A stretch of DNA of 64,000 nt from Eledone cirrhosa (Eukaryota), in contig OZ024764.1 of NCBI GenBank assembly GCA_964016885.1, positions 23,436,001-23,500,000 of the forward strand. Direction: 5' to 3'. The notes beneath the pieces were generated by a model. It saw only the letters and a program-made list of their open reading frames with translations. It did no database searches and was not told the origin of the DNA. Made by a program: the position numbers and the translations under genes. Every line of letters starts with the position of its first letter. Position 1 is the first letter of the stretch. Of this stretch, positions 1-12,256 are shown in pieces.

Positions 1-32
1 CACACAAACACAAATATATATATATATATATT

Positions 33-2107
33 CAGTGGTACCTTGACTTACAAGTGTCCCAACTAATAAGTTTTTCGAGATACGAGCCCTCTCTCGGCTG
101 ATTTTTTGCGTTGAGTTCCAGAGTAAAATTCGGGTTACGAGTCAGCTTCAGATGCCCCGCCACTAGTTGGCATAGTGACCGCCACAGGCAATACCGTAAC
201 ACCCGCCCGGCATCCCATGGCTTCGAAGAAAGTGAGGGCGAAGGACAGTTCTGAGAAGAAAAAGCAGATGATGTGTATTGAATTAAAGAAAGAAATTATA
301 GAAAAACATGACCAAGGTGTGTGTGTAGTGGACTTGGTGAAGTAGTACGAGCATAGCACTTCTATGATATGTACCATACTGAAGTAGAAGGACTTGATAA
401 AGGCTATAACCCCAGCTAAGGGTGGTAAAATAATTTCTAAATAGCGGACCTCTATCCATGAAAATATGGAAAAGCTGCTGATGGTGTGGTTGACGGAGAA
501 GCAGCTCGCAAGAGATACCGTGATGAAGATTATAATATGTGAGAAGGCACGAGCTATTTAAGCTGATTTGCTGCAGCAGACCCCAAGTACTTCTACGGAC
601 GAGCCATCGGCAAGCCCTTTAATGCCAGTCGGGGTTGGTTTGAGAATTTTAAAAGAGGACCGGCATTCACTCAGTTGTCAGGCATGGTGAGGCAGCGAGC
701 GCGGATATGAAGGCAGCTGAGGATTACCTCAAAACCTTTGCCTGAATTATAGCAGCCAAAGGATACATCCCTCAGCAAGTCGTTAACTGTGATGAAACAG
801 GACTTTTTTGGAAGAAGATGCCAAGGAGGACTTATATAACGGCAGAGGAGAAGAGGATGCCTGGCCACAAACCCATGAAGGATAGGCTAACCCTCGCACT
901 GTGTGCCACTGAGCGGCGAGTGTAAGATTAAGTCGCTGCTCGTTTATCATTCAGAAAACTCCAGAACCTTTAAGTCACATAAGATTCTGAAAGAAAAACT
1001 GCAGGTTTTGTGGAGGGCAAACCCGAGGTCATGGGTCACCAGGTAGTTCTTTGTGGAGTGGGTGAATTTGGTCTTTGGTCCTGACGTTAAAAAATATCTC
1101 CTTGAAAATAACCTACCCCTGTAAACCCTTCTTATCCTACATAATGCACCTGCTCACCCACCCACCCTCGAAGAGTTAAAGTTTATAAAGGTCCTCTACC
1201 TTCCACCAAACACCACCCCTATCCTACAGCCCAAGGACCAGCAGGTACTTTCTAATTTCAAGAAGCTCTTCACCAAGCACCTGTTCAGTCGCTGCTTTGA
1301 AGTGACGGAGAGCACAAACTTCACCCTTGAGAGGTCTGGAAGGACCATTATAACATCGTGATATGCCTCAGAATTATCGATATGACATGGCAGAGTCTTA
1401 CAAAGAGGACCTTGACCTCTACATGGAAGAAGCTGTTGCCTGAGGTTGTGTCTAAAACAGACTTTGAAAGACTCGAACCCGAAGCGGCAGTGGTGGAGGA
1501 GATTGTACCCCTCGGTAAGTCCATGGGCCTGGACATGGATGAAGGTGACATCAACGAGCTCATCGAGGAGCACCCCGAGGAAATGACAACGAAGGAATTA
1601 AAGGAGCTACAGACACAGCAACACACGGAGTTTTTGCAGGAAATAGGTGACACAGAGGAGGTTATCTCAACAAGTGAGATGAAACAAACCTTATTAGACA
1701 GGTTTTTATTGAAAATCCCTGCAGATAAAAGTGAGGAAAGCGTGGCGAAAAGGGCAAAAATCAGATTAAGATTCGGTTATTCAGTTCATCCTTTCTCCTC
1801 CGTCAACATCCTCAAGTCGTCTGATCTCCAAGATAGATGCTGTACATTATACTTATTAAAACCAGTTTATTGTAGTACATTCTATTGTATTGTTTTTTAT
1901 ATACAATATTTATTATTTATAAGTACATTTTTCTTATTTAAAAACACGTAACAAAACAAACTGTGGTTTTTTTTTTGGGGGGGGGGGTCTGGAACGGATT
2001 AACGGCATTTTAATTTATTTCAGTGGGGAAAATTGATTTGAAATACGAGTAATTTAAGTTACGAGGTCCTCCACGGAACAAATTAAACTCGTAAGTGAAG
2101 GTATCAC

Positions 2108-2109
<2 letters not shown>
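33..2109 (+). mobile_element. Tigger/pogo-like (Tc1/mariner) DNA transposon, decayed transposase
   Basis: Imperfect TIRs: CAGTGGTACCTTGACTTAC at 33 and GTAAGTGAAGGTATCACAG ending 2109, within TA/TG microsatellite. Fragments read as HTH (IELKKEIIEKH) and DDE_1 (NCDETGLFWKKMP, HNAPAHP, YLPPNTTPILQPKDQ), with stops and frameshifts. Confidence 0.9.
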
Positions 2110-2137
<28 letters not shown>

Positions 2138-2138
<1 letters not shown>

Positions 2139-2312
2139 GAAGGAACGAGCGACGTTCGTCAAATCGGACCGAGGAAGCAATGTTTCCATTGGTCTTTCCA
2201 ATTGCTAGTACTATCGGTCGCAACTCCAGGTAGAAGGAACAACGTGAAATAAAGTGTCTTGCTCAAGGTCATAACGCATCGCCTGGTCCAGGAATCGAAC
2301 TTACAACCTCAA
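2138..2312 (-). mobile_element. tRNA-derived CORE-like SINE, 5' truncated
   Basis: Reverse complement of the SINE at 34621-34830, with B box (AGTTCGATTCC) and GACCTTGAGCAAGACACTTTATTTC core. Confidence 0.7.
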
Positions 2313-3319
2313 GATATATATATATAAATGAAGAATATAGAAATTATTGTAGCAAAAAGCCAGACAAACACATATATACCCCGACTACAGTAAAACATAA
2401 AACATATGTAAGAGGAGACAACTCTCGTTACATCCCCTCTTCTTTTTGACATACGTTCTTTAGATACTTTGTTCAATGGAATCTACTTTATTTTGTGTCC
2501 TAAGTAGATTTCTGTTTAAGTATTTACGAGATTCACAATGATTCACGTAACCAAGTTACTTACATAGAGATATATTTCACATAGAATCACAACAAATGAA
2601 AATATTAAGTCAACACTCTGTCAATCAGTCTCACATCACATGGGGTGCCGGAGTCTCCCTCTAATACTTTCTGAGACAGTCTTACCTCGAGTGATAGCAA
2701 GGCTAAGATGTTGGAACTACCAAACACCCTCATATGTATCACCTGACACCTCGGTAAGGAGAGCTGCCAACGATAACAAGAACCTCGTTGTCAGGGACCT
2801 ATCTCCTCCAAACTTGTTCAACACCACAGAATAGAATATTCTACTCTTTATTCCCTATTAAATATATTTCAGTCTAGTCATTTGTCTTGTATCTTGTATA
2901 TGTATTTTCAAAACTAACTGTCACATTTGAGAGACCCCAGTTAGTGATGTTTTTGTCTCCCTCCCACATCCTACATGCTGTAGTAAAAGTGATGGTCACT
3001 GCTTCCGTAGACGAACAAAATAAAAGCTAAACTACCAGTAATTATCGGCAAAGTATTTATTCCAGTCTGTGATGTTTGAGAAGCTGGGCTGCTGACAACG
3101 AAGTTGTTGTCACTGTTGGCGGCTGGCTTTACCGAAGTACCCGATGACTCTTGTGAGGGTACTTAGCTGTTCTGGCGGTTTAGCCTCCATATGACCCGAT
3201 CTTACCGAGATACCCGGTGATCTCTGTCAGAGTACTTAGCTGTTCTATTTTAATTTCATTTACTGTTTTTTACTTCATTTTTTTATTACAAACTTTACAT
3301 AATTTAATTCGGTAAATAT

Positions 3320-3400
3320 ATTTTTACGTCACAAAAAAACTTGACCTTTGACATTGAAGCATGCGCAGTGGTGCAGTTGTCGACTTCCTGTCCACGTGTT
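3320..3400 (+). promoter_or_regulatory. Putative ZNF promoter, unit A
   Basis: Clustered TTACGTCA (CRE-like), TGACCTTTGAC (nuclear-receptor DR1-like), GCATGCGCA (NRF1-like, 3359), ACTTCCTG (ETS, 3383) and CACGTG (E-box, 3393). The core motifs recur at 17131, 35831 and 57318, and a GTAAGT donor follows. Confidence 0.6.
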
Positions 3401-3462
3401 AGTCTTCCTACAACATCATTTAGACAACATTTCTGTAAATACTAAACACCTCAGACTATAAT
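3400..3462 (+). other. Putative non-coding exon 1 (donor GTAAGT at 3463; acceptor TTTCAG ending 9405)
   Basis: Consensus donor and acceptor conserved in units A, B and C. The transcription start is uncertain. Confidence 0.55.
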
Positions 3463-3530
3463 GTAAGTATTATGTCTATTAATATTGTAGATTTAAGCTC
3501 ACTTTTCACATCACAAATATATATTTTCTT

Positions 3531-4230
3531 CGCTCAACCTTAAGTTTCACGTCAGAAATGAAATTTATTTTCATTTTCGATTCATTAAAAACTATTGTTT
3601 ATCTGAATACAAAAACTGGTTGGACGACTACGGGCTGGCACTACGTAAGTTGATGTTTTGGATGTAAATGACATCGTTAATGAGAATATTACACTTGTTA
3701 CTCTTATACCTGTCATACACGGTGACAATCTATGTTACAGTGGCTGGTAAGACGGCAGTGACAGTGTCAATTGTCCTGTTTGTAATGAAACCTGCACATT
3801 AAACCATTATTCTGAGACTCACAAGAAATGGAGATGGCGATGTAACCCCGACAATGTCTCCCAAGCAGTGCGACATAATTGTTTTTTTCAAGGAAGCCAT
3901 GTGCCACTCGATCACCTTATTTTTATTTTATACATGTGGTGCTACAATTATACACAAGCTGAGATGATTCGAGAAACGGGAGTCTCCCAACCGACAATTA
4001 TTGACTGGTGCAATTTTATTTGAGAAATTTGCCAGCAATATTTGGAGGAAAATCGCCAACAACTTGGAGGCTTCGATGACAATGGTGAGTCCATCATTGT
4101 CGAGATCGACGAGAGCCAACATGGTACCAGAGCTGCTTTATTTCAATCTTATATTGCAGTCTTTGGCGACAGAGAGTTGGTGCCAACAAGTTTGGCGAGA
4201 TGATAAACTGCATTGAAGCAATTGATATGG
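3531..4230 (+). mobile_element. Merlin (IS1595/ISXO2-like) transposase remnant, internally deleted
   Basis: Manual translation gives CPVC...WRWRC, then FFQGSHVPLDHLIFILYMW...TIIDWCNFI*EICQQYL...GGFDDNGESIIVEIDES. Absent at the homologous positions in units B, C and E. Confidence 0.75.
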
Positions 4231-4349
4231 TGTTTCATTACTGGAAATATAAGATGTTATGGTAATTATCTATATTTTACCTCACACCTTACGGGTTAAC
4301 TACACACTTTGAGGCAAGCCAACACACTGGCAGCAATACCACGGGTGAT

Positions 4350-4573
4350 GGTGAGGCTAAGGTGATTAAATAACCAGGTACCCACACGGGTATCACCTGA
4401 CACCTCAGTAAGGTGAGGCTAAGGTGCTGAGATAACCAGGTACCCTCACGGGTATCACCTAACACCTCCTTAAGGTGAGGCTAAGGTGCTTAAATAACCA
4501 GGTACCCTCACGGGTATCACCTGACACCTCAGTAAGGTGAGGCTAAGGTACTGAAATAACCAGGTACCCTCAC
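4350..4573 (+). repeat. 62-bp minisatellite (~3.6 copies)
   Basis: Unit AAGGTGAGGCTAAGGTGCTGAAATAACCAGGTACCCTCACGGGTATCACCTGACACCTCAGT. Confidence 0.9.
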
Positions 4574-4915
4574 GGAAACGACTAGATTTGTAGAAAAAGT
4601 AGGGTGAAAGTATACGAAGAGATGTAGTTTCACAGATCTACTCACACCACGTTGAGTGGGAATTAATTATTTTTCTAGACCCCTTTTCAATATTTCCTCT
4701 GGACCCCTTAGATACTTGCAATAGACATTTTATTCCCCAGTATTAGGGTTAGGGTTTCCGTTTTCAGGAAGAAAAGTCGATTGCAAACAACTAATAGGTC
4801 GAGAAAAATAATAAGGAAAGATAATTATTTCCCAGCCAACTGGAGAAGTGTGTAGCTCTTCTAAACTCTGATAATCCTGTCTCCCACTTCTTTATCTACA
4901 AATCTAGTCGTTTCC
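4574..4915. mobile_element. MITE-like element with 21-bp perfect TIRs
   Basis: GGAAACGACTAGATTTGTAGA ... TCTACAAATCTAGTCGTTTCC; no TSD visible. Confidence 0.75.
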
Positions 4916-5039
4916 TGCTACTTTGAAGGCCCTATTTATTGATAACACCACTTGTAAATCTTTGTCAACTTTTCATACGTAAATTGTGAATCAGTTATTT
5001 TTAAACAAACTATCAAAGAAGTGATCTCACAGTAACTGT

Positions 5040-5260
5040 GTTTGATTTAATCAACTTATTCCCCCCAAACATTGTCGACCTTGTGTCTAAATCAGAAACT
5101 ATTATTAGATCTTAAATCAACCCCGTAAAGATGAAGGGCAAAGCTAACCTCGGCGGGATTTCAACCCTTTATGTTATGAGTTCAAATCCCACCAAAGTTA
5201 ACTTTGTCTTTCATTCTAACGGGGTGGATAAATTAAAGTTCCAGTAATCTACTGGGGTCT
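5040..5260. mobile_element. Decayed SINE fragments
   Basis: B-box-like GAGTTCAAATCCC followed by ACTTTGTCTTTCATTC...GGGGTGGATAAA core-like sequence; also at ~37230-37450. Confidence 0.4.
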
Positions 5261-5308
5261 GAGATATTAAGGTTTGAGTAGATTCTATCTTTTGTGTGTT
5301 TGTATTTA

Positions 5309-5688
5309 TTCTCTCAAAGACAATGACACACGACCGTGACTTCTGGCGTCACGCAGTAATACAGAGTACCCGACCTCCCATGTTTACATGCTGAAGCATA
5401 TAAACAATATGCCCCCACACCCCCCACCGCAAGGTGGTCGTGGAGGTGCCACGGCAAAAAAGCACCCAGCCCGCACTGTAAAGTGGACGTGTAGGTGCCA
5501 TGAAAAAGCACCCAGCACTCACTGTAAATGAGGTTGGTGTTAGGAAGGGCATCCAGCTGTAGAAATCAAGCCAGATCAGTTCCTGTATGAGCAAGCATGG
5601 TCAGCCGACTAGACACTGCACACAACAGGACAACCCGTCTAACCCATGCTAGCGTGGAAGAACGGACGTAAAACGGTGATGATGATGA
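5309..5688 (+). mobile_element. RTE LINE 3' end with (GAT)n tail
   Basis: Near-identical to 50243-50637. The homologous site in unit C (~37500) is empty. Confidence 0.8.
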
Positions 5689-5694
5689 ATCTTA

Positions 5695-6125
5695 TTAGAA
5701 CACCTGTGACCTGTTGGGTCACGTTCCCTTTAAAAATAATTTTTAAATAATTAAAATATACAGACATGTCTATAATCTAAAATGAAATTAGTAGTTAGGC
5801 CCATGTATATATATATATATATGCGTGTGTGTATATATATATATATGTGTGTGTATATATATGTCACAGACACACACACAAGTCACTTGTTATAATTTTA
5901 AAATTTCGTTCAACAACACCACCAGCTCTCTCTCTCTATTTATGAAGGTACCAGAAAAAACTCATATCTCGGGAACCTGTGCTCTGATTTACATGAAACT
6001 TATTTTATCCCATCTGTATTCCCATTTCAGGGTCAACTTCCTTTCAAACTATTTTCCCATTATGCCCCGTTTTGACTGTATTACATTACAGACAAGACAC
6101 AATCACAGAGTTTTAGGTTTATAAT
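5695..6125 (-). mobile_element. Non-autonomous Helitron-like element (antisense copy)
   Basis: Diverged reverse complement of 12743-13094, with an internal TA/TG microsatellite. Confidence 0.65.
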
Positions 6126-6176
6126 GTTATAGTATCATGATAGGGTAATATAGTTATTTATAGACCTGTGGTAAAT

Positions 6177-6399
6177 GTTGGTTCAGTCCACCCTGGGGGG
6201 TGTAAGTGTTGGTTCAGTACACCCTGGGGAGTGTTAGTGTTGGTTCAGTCCACCCTGGGGGATGTTAGTGTTGGTTCAGTCCACCCTGGGGAGTGTTAGT
6301 GTTGGTTCAGTACACCCTGGGGAGTGTTAGTGTTGGTTCAGTCCACCCTGGGGGGTGTAAGTGTTGGTTCAGTCTACCCTGAGGGGTGTCAGTGTTGGT
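6177..6399 (+). repeat. 31-bp minisatellite (~7 copies)
   Basis: Unit GTGTTGGTTCAGTCCACCCTGGGGGATGTTA; only ~2 copies at 38389-38459. Confidence 0.9.
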
Positions 6400-6429
6400 C
6401 AATGATAACCTTTATAACTAGAGGCCTGT

Positions 6430-6830
6430 TGGTGAGGACAAGCTGGATGTGGTGACATCTTTCTGCTACCTGTGTGACATGTCAGCTGGAAGTGGAGCCA
6501 AGTTCACTGCCATCGTGCTGTGCCACTCCACAGGTAACAAGTTTAGGCAGCTTCTCCTAATCCTCAAGACATGCTGGCTACCATTAGACACCATGGGGCA
6601 GATTTATAACACCTGTGGGAGAAGTATGTTGTTTCATGCCAGCGAGACCTGGGCCATGTTATCTGACTGTCTGAATTGACTCTGAAGAAATGACAGAGCT
6701 ATGATCCACTGGATGTGTAGTGTGACCATTGAGGATGATGTCAGCTCAACTGAGCTCTTAAAAAAACTGCTGATCGACAACCTCAAGGATGTGTTTCACA
6801 GGAGACACATGCACTGGTATGGCCATGTTG
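6430..6830 (+). mobile_element. RTE LINE fragment (ORF C-terminus)
   Basis: FCYLCD...MLFHASETWA...HWYGHV motifs. Confidence 0.7.
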
Positions 6831-8960
6831 TGCATTCTCTCTCAACTCATCTATGCTTGGTCGTTGATGCACATTGACATTACACATCCAACGGAGCATA
6901 CTTGCTTCATATCTCTCCAGCCGTTGTATATCCTCTGCAGTTGCTGTCCATGTCTCACTACCGTGCAGCATCACACATCTCACGCAGGCATCACAAGCCA
7001 TTTGTTCTTAGAGAGAAACCCTTCTTTGTCAACATAGGAAGCAGCTCCCTAAACTTCTTCCAACCCGTCCTTATTCTAGATACTATGGCCTCTGGGCACC
7101 CTCCTCCCATGCTAATTTGATCACCTAGATACCGGAAGCTATCAACCACTTCTATAGAACCTATTTGCATTTGAAAAATGTGTCTATCACTGCGACTTCT
7201 ACTGTCAAATTTCCCTGTACATCTACTACATATGTATTTTTCCCTACCTGTTAGTTTGCCTGCTATCCCACTACATTTCTTGTGTACCCAAAATCTGCAT
7301 TGTGTACATTATAGAATTTATGCCAGTTCCTTTTCTACATATTGAACAAGGCCATTTCTCTGATGGAATGACAGTTTTGTCCTCTTTTCTACTCATCAAC
7401 ACTTTAGTCTTAGCTAGGTTCACTCTCAGTCCTCTTGATTCCAACTGCTGTTGCAATAGCCAGAATTTATTCTCTAGCTCCTCTACTGATTCTGCTATAA
7501 GAACCATATCGTCAGCATAGAGAACATGCCATGGGCACCTAGTCTTAAACTCCTCTGTTATGACTTGGAGGACTATAATGAACAAGAGCGGGCTGAGGAC
7601 CGAACCCTGATGTACTCCTGCATCTGTAATTCCTCACTAAACTCCATGCCTACCCTCACTTTACTGACAGCACCTCTGTACATAGCTTGCACTGTCCTCA
7701 CAAACTATTCATCTACACCTAGTTTCCTTAGGGACCACCAGATGACAGATTGGAGTACTCTATCAAAGGCCTTCTCTAGGTCAACAAAAACTAAGTATAG
7801 TGGTTTTCTTCTCTAAGAACCTCTCTTGTAGTTGTCTCACTAAGAAGAGGGCATCTGTTTCACTCTTTTTCTAAGTTGCGCTAGTATTCTTTCTGTCACT
7901 TTCATAACCTGATCCATCAGTTTTATACCCCTATAATTACTCCCCTCCAGAACATCCCCTTTACCTTTACCTCAATTTATGAGAATACTGCTGCACCAGT
8001 ATTTGGGGGTGACACCACCATATATAGCTTGATTAATGATACGTGCAACCAGTTTAATTCCTAATTCTCTTGATGCCTTCAGCATCTCAGCAACTATCCC
8101 CAACAGTCCAGCGGACTTACCATTTTTCATTTCCTTAATTGCCTCTTGGACCCTATAGTCGTCAATCTCAATAGCTGGTCCTTCTGTCGGGTCTACTGAA
8201 GGTAGCTCCCCTCCTATTCATTCTCCACATTCATCAGTCTCTCATAATGACATTTCCAGGCCTCCTTTTTTTTGAGAATCAGTGACACTAAGTGCACCAA
8301 CATCCTGATTTACACTGACACACTGCCTTGCAATGTGGATCACCGCACATCTCTGATCTCCCCATCGCAGAACATTGGCAAACCTTCTACTCTCAGCCTC
8401 CCTGCATGTTAAGTAAACCTGACATCTAGCTTCTCTCTTAGCGGCTGTGTATCGGTCTCTACCTCTACCATTTTTCCAAGCCTTTTGTCTCTAATGGCTC
8501 TATCTACCGTGCTGTTCCACCACCAGGTCACCCTCTGTCTGGTTGGAGCTCTGCTCCAGCCACAAGTTTCTTCAGTAACCTGCAGTAAGTTGTCACGTAA
8601 GAAATTCCAGTTATCGTCCATGTCATAGGACTCTAAATCGTCTTCTTTTTCGTCATACACATCTTGAAGGGCTTTCCTAAATTTATATTTTAGTGAAAGG
8701 TCTTTTAGTTTCCAGTCCTTCCTTTTTCAAACCTTCTTGTATGTCTCTCTTTGTCTCTTGCTTACTGAGATGTCACTAACGACTAACCTATGTTGGTGGG
8801 GTACATTGTTCCCTGGGGTATGCCTTAGTATTTGACACCATCTGTCTGTCTTACTCCCTAACTAGCAAGAAGTCAATCTGTCTCATGTGCTCACCTGATT
8901 GGTAGGTTATTAGGTGGTTGGTAGGTTTCTTGAAGTGTTGCAAATGGTTAGTTCACTTGC
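6831..8960 (-). mobile_element. Decayed RTE LINE (endonuclease-RT)
   Basis: LYADDMVLIAES, GLRVNLAKTKV, WPCSICRKG, LHGSETW and TWWWN fragments with frameshifts. Confidence 0.85.
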
Positions 8961-9120
8961 CGTAACTGGTCACTTGCCGTAACTGGTCACTTATACTTAT
9001 GTTAAGGTATTGTTCTCAAAATAAGTAACATCAAAATCTCATAGATTTGATATTATGAGTGATAAAGCATTTACTGTGAAAATATAATAGTAAATATAGA
9101 GTAATGTGAATACTAAAGGG

Positions 9121-9262
9121 TTAATCTGATGTCACTAATAACTACTTTTATCAGTCAGTTTAATCTAATGTCACTAATAACTACTTTTATCAGTCAGTTT
9201 AATCTACTGCCACTAATAACTACTTTTATCAGTCTGTTTAATCTACTGCCACTAATAACTAA
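9121..9262 (+). repeat. 39-bp minisatellite (~3.5 copies)
   Basis: Unit AATCTAATGTCACTAATAACTACTTTTATCAGTCAGTTT. Confidence 0.9.
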
Positions 9263-9623
9263 CCTATGTTAGTCAGCACATTCTTCACCAAAGAAGGCCT
9301 TAGTATTTATTACAGTCCATTTATCAATATAGAAATATTATATGAAATTTGTACTGATGTATTACAAGTTTCTCAGTATCTTACAATGTTCTTTTATTAT
9401 TTCAGAATACAAGAGGACATTGGCATTAAAGAGCACGTTACATCAGACATATCCTCAACATTAACCATTTCTAATGAAATACACTAACCATCATTTTCAA
9501 ATAATTTTGAAAACACTCAACACTCAACACTTTGAAGTGATTTAGTAATATAACTAAATTTCTCAGTATTAAGCTGTGAATTATGTGAGAAACTGAGGTG
9601 ATTGATATCTTTTAGTAGGAGAT

Positions 9624-10895
9624 ATGTCGAAAAATATAGTAAAATCACCATTCCACTGTGATATCTGTGGTAAATCATTCTCTCGTAGTAATCACCTAAC
9701 TACTCACAAACGTATTCATACAGGAGAGAAGCCATATCACTGTGATATCAGTGGTAAATCATTCAGTCGCAGTAATACCTTAACTAATCACAAAAATATT
9801 CATACAGGAGAGAAACCATATCACTGTGATATCTGTGGTAAAACGTTCTCTAAAAATAATAACCTAACTACTCACAAACGTATTCATACAGGAGAGAAGC
9901 CATATCACTGTGATATCTGTGGTAAATCATTCAGTGACAGTAGTAGCTTCAGAGTTCACAAACAAATTCATACAGGAGAGAAACCATATCACTGTGACAT
10001 CTGTGGTAAAACGTTCTCTAAAAACAATAGCGTAACTACTCACAAACGTATTCATACAGGAGAGAAGCCATATCAATGTGACATCTGTGATAAATCATTC
10101 TCTCAAAGTAGTCACCTAACTACTCACAAACGTATTCATACAGGAGAGAAGCCATATCAATGTGATATCGGTGATAAATCATTCAGTGACAGTAGTAGCT
10201 TCAGAGTTCACAAACAAATTCATACAGGAGAGAAGCCACATCACTGTGACATCTGTGGTACATCATTCAGTCACAAAAGTAACTTAACTACCCACAAACG
10301 TATTCATACAGGAGAGAAGCCATATCAGTGTGATATCTGTGGTAAATCATTCTCTCGTAATAACCTAACTACTCACAGACGTATTCATACAGGAGAGAAA
10401 CCATATCACTGTGATATCTGTGGTAAAACATTCACTAAAAATAATAACCTAACTACTCACAAACGTATTCATACAGGAGAGAACCCATATCATTGTGATA
10501 TCTGTGGTAAATCATTCTCTCAGAGTAATCAGCTAACTTCTCACAAACGTATTCATACAGGAAAGAAGCCATATCACTGTGACATCTGTGATAAATCATT
10601 CTCTCATAGTAAAACCTTAACTACCCACAAACGTACTCATACAGGAGAGAAGCCATATCACTGTGATATCTGTGATAAATCATTCTCTCAGCATAAAACC
10701 TTAACTATCCACAAACGTACTCATACAGGAGAGAAGCCATATCATTGTGACATCTGTGGTAAATCATTCGCTGACAGAACTAGCTTAGCTACCCACAAAC
10801 GTACTCATACAGGAGAGATTTACCACATCTGTGGTAAATCATTCTCTCTTAGAGGTAACTTAACCAAGCATGTGCGTATTCATAAAGAAGTTTAG
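9624..10895 (+). CDS. C2H2 zinc-finger protein, 423 aa, 15 repeats (about 11 canonical), no effector domain
   Basis: Tandem C-x2-C-x12-H-x3-H with TGEKP linkers. Finger 2 has C>S, finger 7 C>G, finger 9 a 1-aa deletion, and finger 15 lacks its first Cys. Confidence 0.93.
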   Translation: MSKNIVKSPFHCDICGKSFSRSNHLTTHKRIHTGEKPYHCDISGKSFSRSNTLTNHKNIHTGEKPYHCDICGKTFSKNNNLTTHKRIHTGEKPYHCDICGKSFSDSSSFRVHKQIHTGEKPYHCDICGKTFSKNNSVTTHKRIHTGEKPYQCDICDKSFSQSSHLTTHKRIHTGEKPYQCDIGDKSFSDSSSFRVHKQIHTGEKPHHCDICGTSFSHKSNLTTHKRIHTGEKPYQCDICGKSFSRNNLTTHRRIHTGEKPYHCDICGKTFTKNNNLTTHKRIHTGENPYHCDICGKSFSQSNQLTSHKRIHTGKKPYHCDICDKSFSHSKTLTTHKRTHTGEKPYHCDICDKSFSQHKTLTIHKRTHTGEKPYHCDICGKSFADRTSLATHKRTHTGEIYHICGKSFSLRGNLTKHVRIHKEV

Positions 10896-11547
10896 CTGTA
10901 TCAATATCAAACTCATTACATCATACTACAACAACAACAATTGTGTAGATCCATCATCCTGGCTAAAACTGGGGTTAACCTTGTAGCTTTTACCTATGAC
11001 AGGGATCATAAACACCAGGTTTCCAATTTTGAAGCAGTGTTTGAAGATTTTGTGTAAATTAAAGTTTTTCACATTAAACTTTCATTTATTATACTTTAAC
11101 AGGTAAGATATATATTTGTATTTTTAGTAAAGGTTGGGAACTTCTGTAATTTAAACCTGCCAATAAAATGAAAACTTTTGTTGTTGCTAGTCTGACATTG
11201 ATATTAATTCTATTGTCCTGTACATTGTCTCAAATATCACAGATTAAACAGATTTTAACAATAACAACAGAAATCAATAACTTGTAAGCCTAATATCTAG
11301 CTTCCATTTTAACCATTTGATATTGTTGTTCCCCTCCTGTCTCGTCAGGTCTTTTAGATTTCAACTTCTATCTACTGTACTATTCCATCACCAAGGCAAC
11401 ATTCATCTGGCTGGCAGCTTACATCAACTACAGATCTCATCAGTGGTTCACAACAGGCTGTCTGAAAGAAACTTCCAGATATCTTCTATGTCATAGCTAT
11501 CAATCTCCTCCTCCTTATCATATGTATCATGTAGAACATCTCTGAAT

Positions 11548-12198
11548 TTATATTTAACAGGGAGATCTTTTACTGTCCCTACCCTTTTCTCTAGGTTGTC
11601 TTGTACCTCTCTCACAGTCCCTCTAGATCTTATATTTAACAGGGAGATCTTTTACTATCCCTACCCTTTTCTATAGGTTGTCTTGTACCAGTCTCACAGT
11701 CCCTCTAGATCTTATATTTAACAGGGAGATCTTTTACTGTCCCTACCCTTTTCTCTAGGTTGTCTTGTATCTCTCTCACTGTCTCTCTAGATCTTATGTT
11801 TAACAGGGAGAATTTTACTATCCCTACCCTTTTCTCTAGGTGGTGTTGTACCTCTCTCACAGTCCCTCTAGATCTTATAGTTAACAGGGAGATCTTTTAC
11901 TGTCCCTACCCTTTTCTCTAGGTTGTCTTGTACCTCTCTCACAGTCCCTCTAGATCTTATATTTAACAGGGAGATCTTTTGATATCCCTACCCTTTTCTC
12001 TAAGTTGTCTTGTACCTCTCTCACAGTCCCTCTAGATCTTATATTTAACAGGGAGATGTTTTACTGTCCCTACCTCTTTCTCTAGGTTGTCTTGTACCTC
12101 TCACAGTCCCTGTAGATCTTATATTTAACAGGGAGATCTTTTAGTCTCCAACCCTTCTATCTCCAGATAGTCTTGTATCTGTCAGTCCCTCTAGATAT
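11548..12198 (+). repeat. 82-bp minisatellite (~8 copies)
   Basis: Unit TAGATCTTATATTTAACAGGGAGATCTTTTACTGTCCCTACCCTTTTCTCTAGGTTGTCTTGTACCTCTCTCACAGTCCCTC. Confidence 0.9.
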
Positions 12199-12256
12199 TA
12201 CACCTCGTATCTAGTCTATGTTTTCTAAATATCTTAATGTTTCTCTACTATTTCAG

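Noticed and set aside
1358-1951. Functional TIGD1-like gene
   Set aside because: Only a C-terminal piece of a transposase with stops shared among the copies.
2640-2834. 64-aa ORF recurring in four units
   Set aside because: Recurrence reflects recent duplication, there is no recognisable domain, and it lies upstream of the inferred promoter.
4743-4755. Telomeric TTAGGG repeat
   Set aside because: Only two units, inside a MITE.
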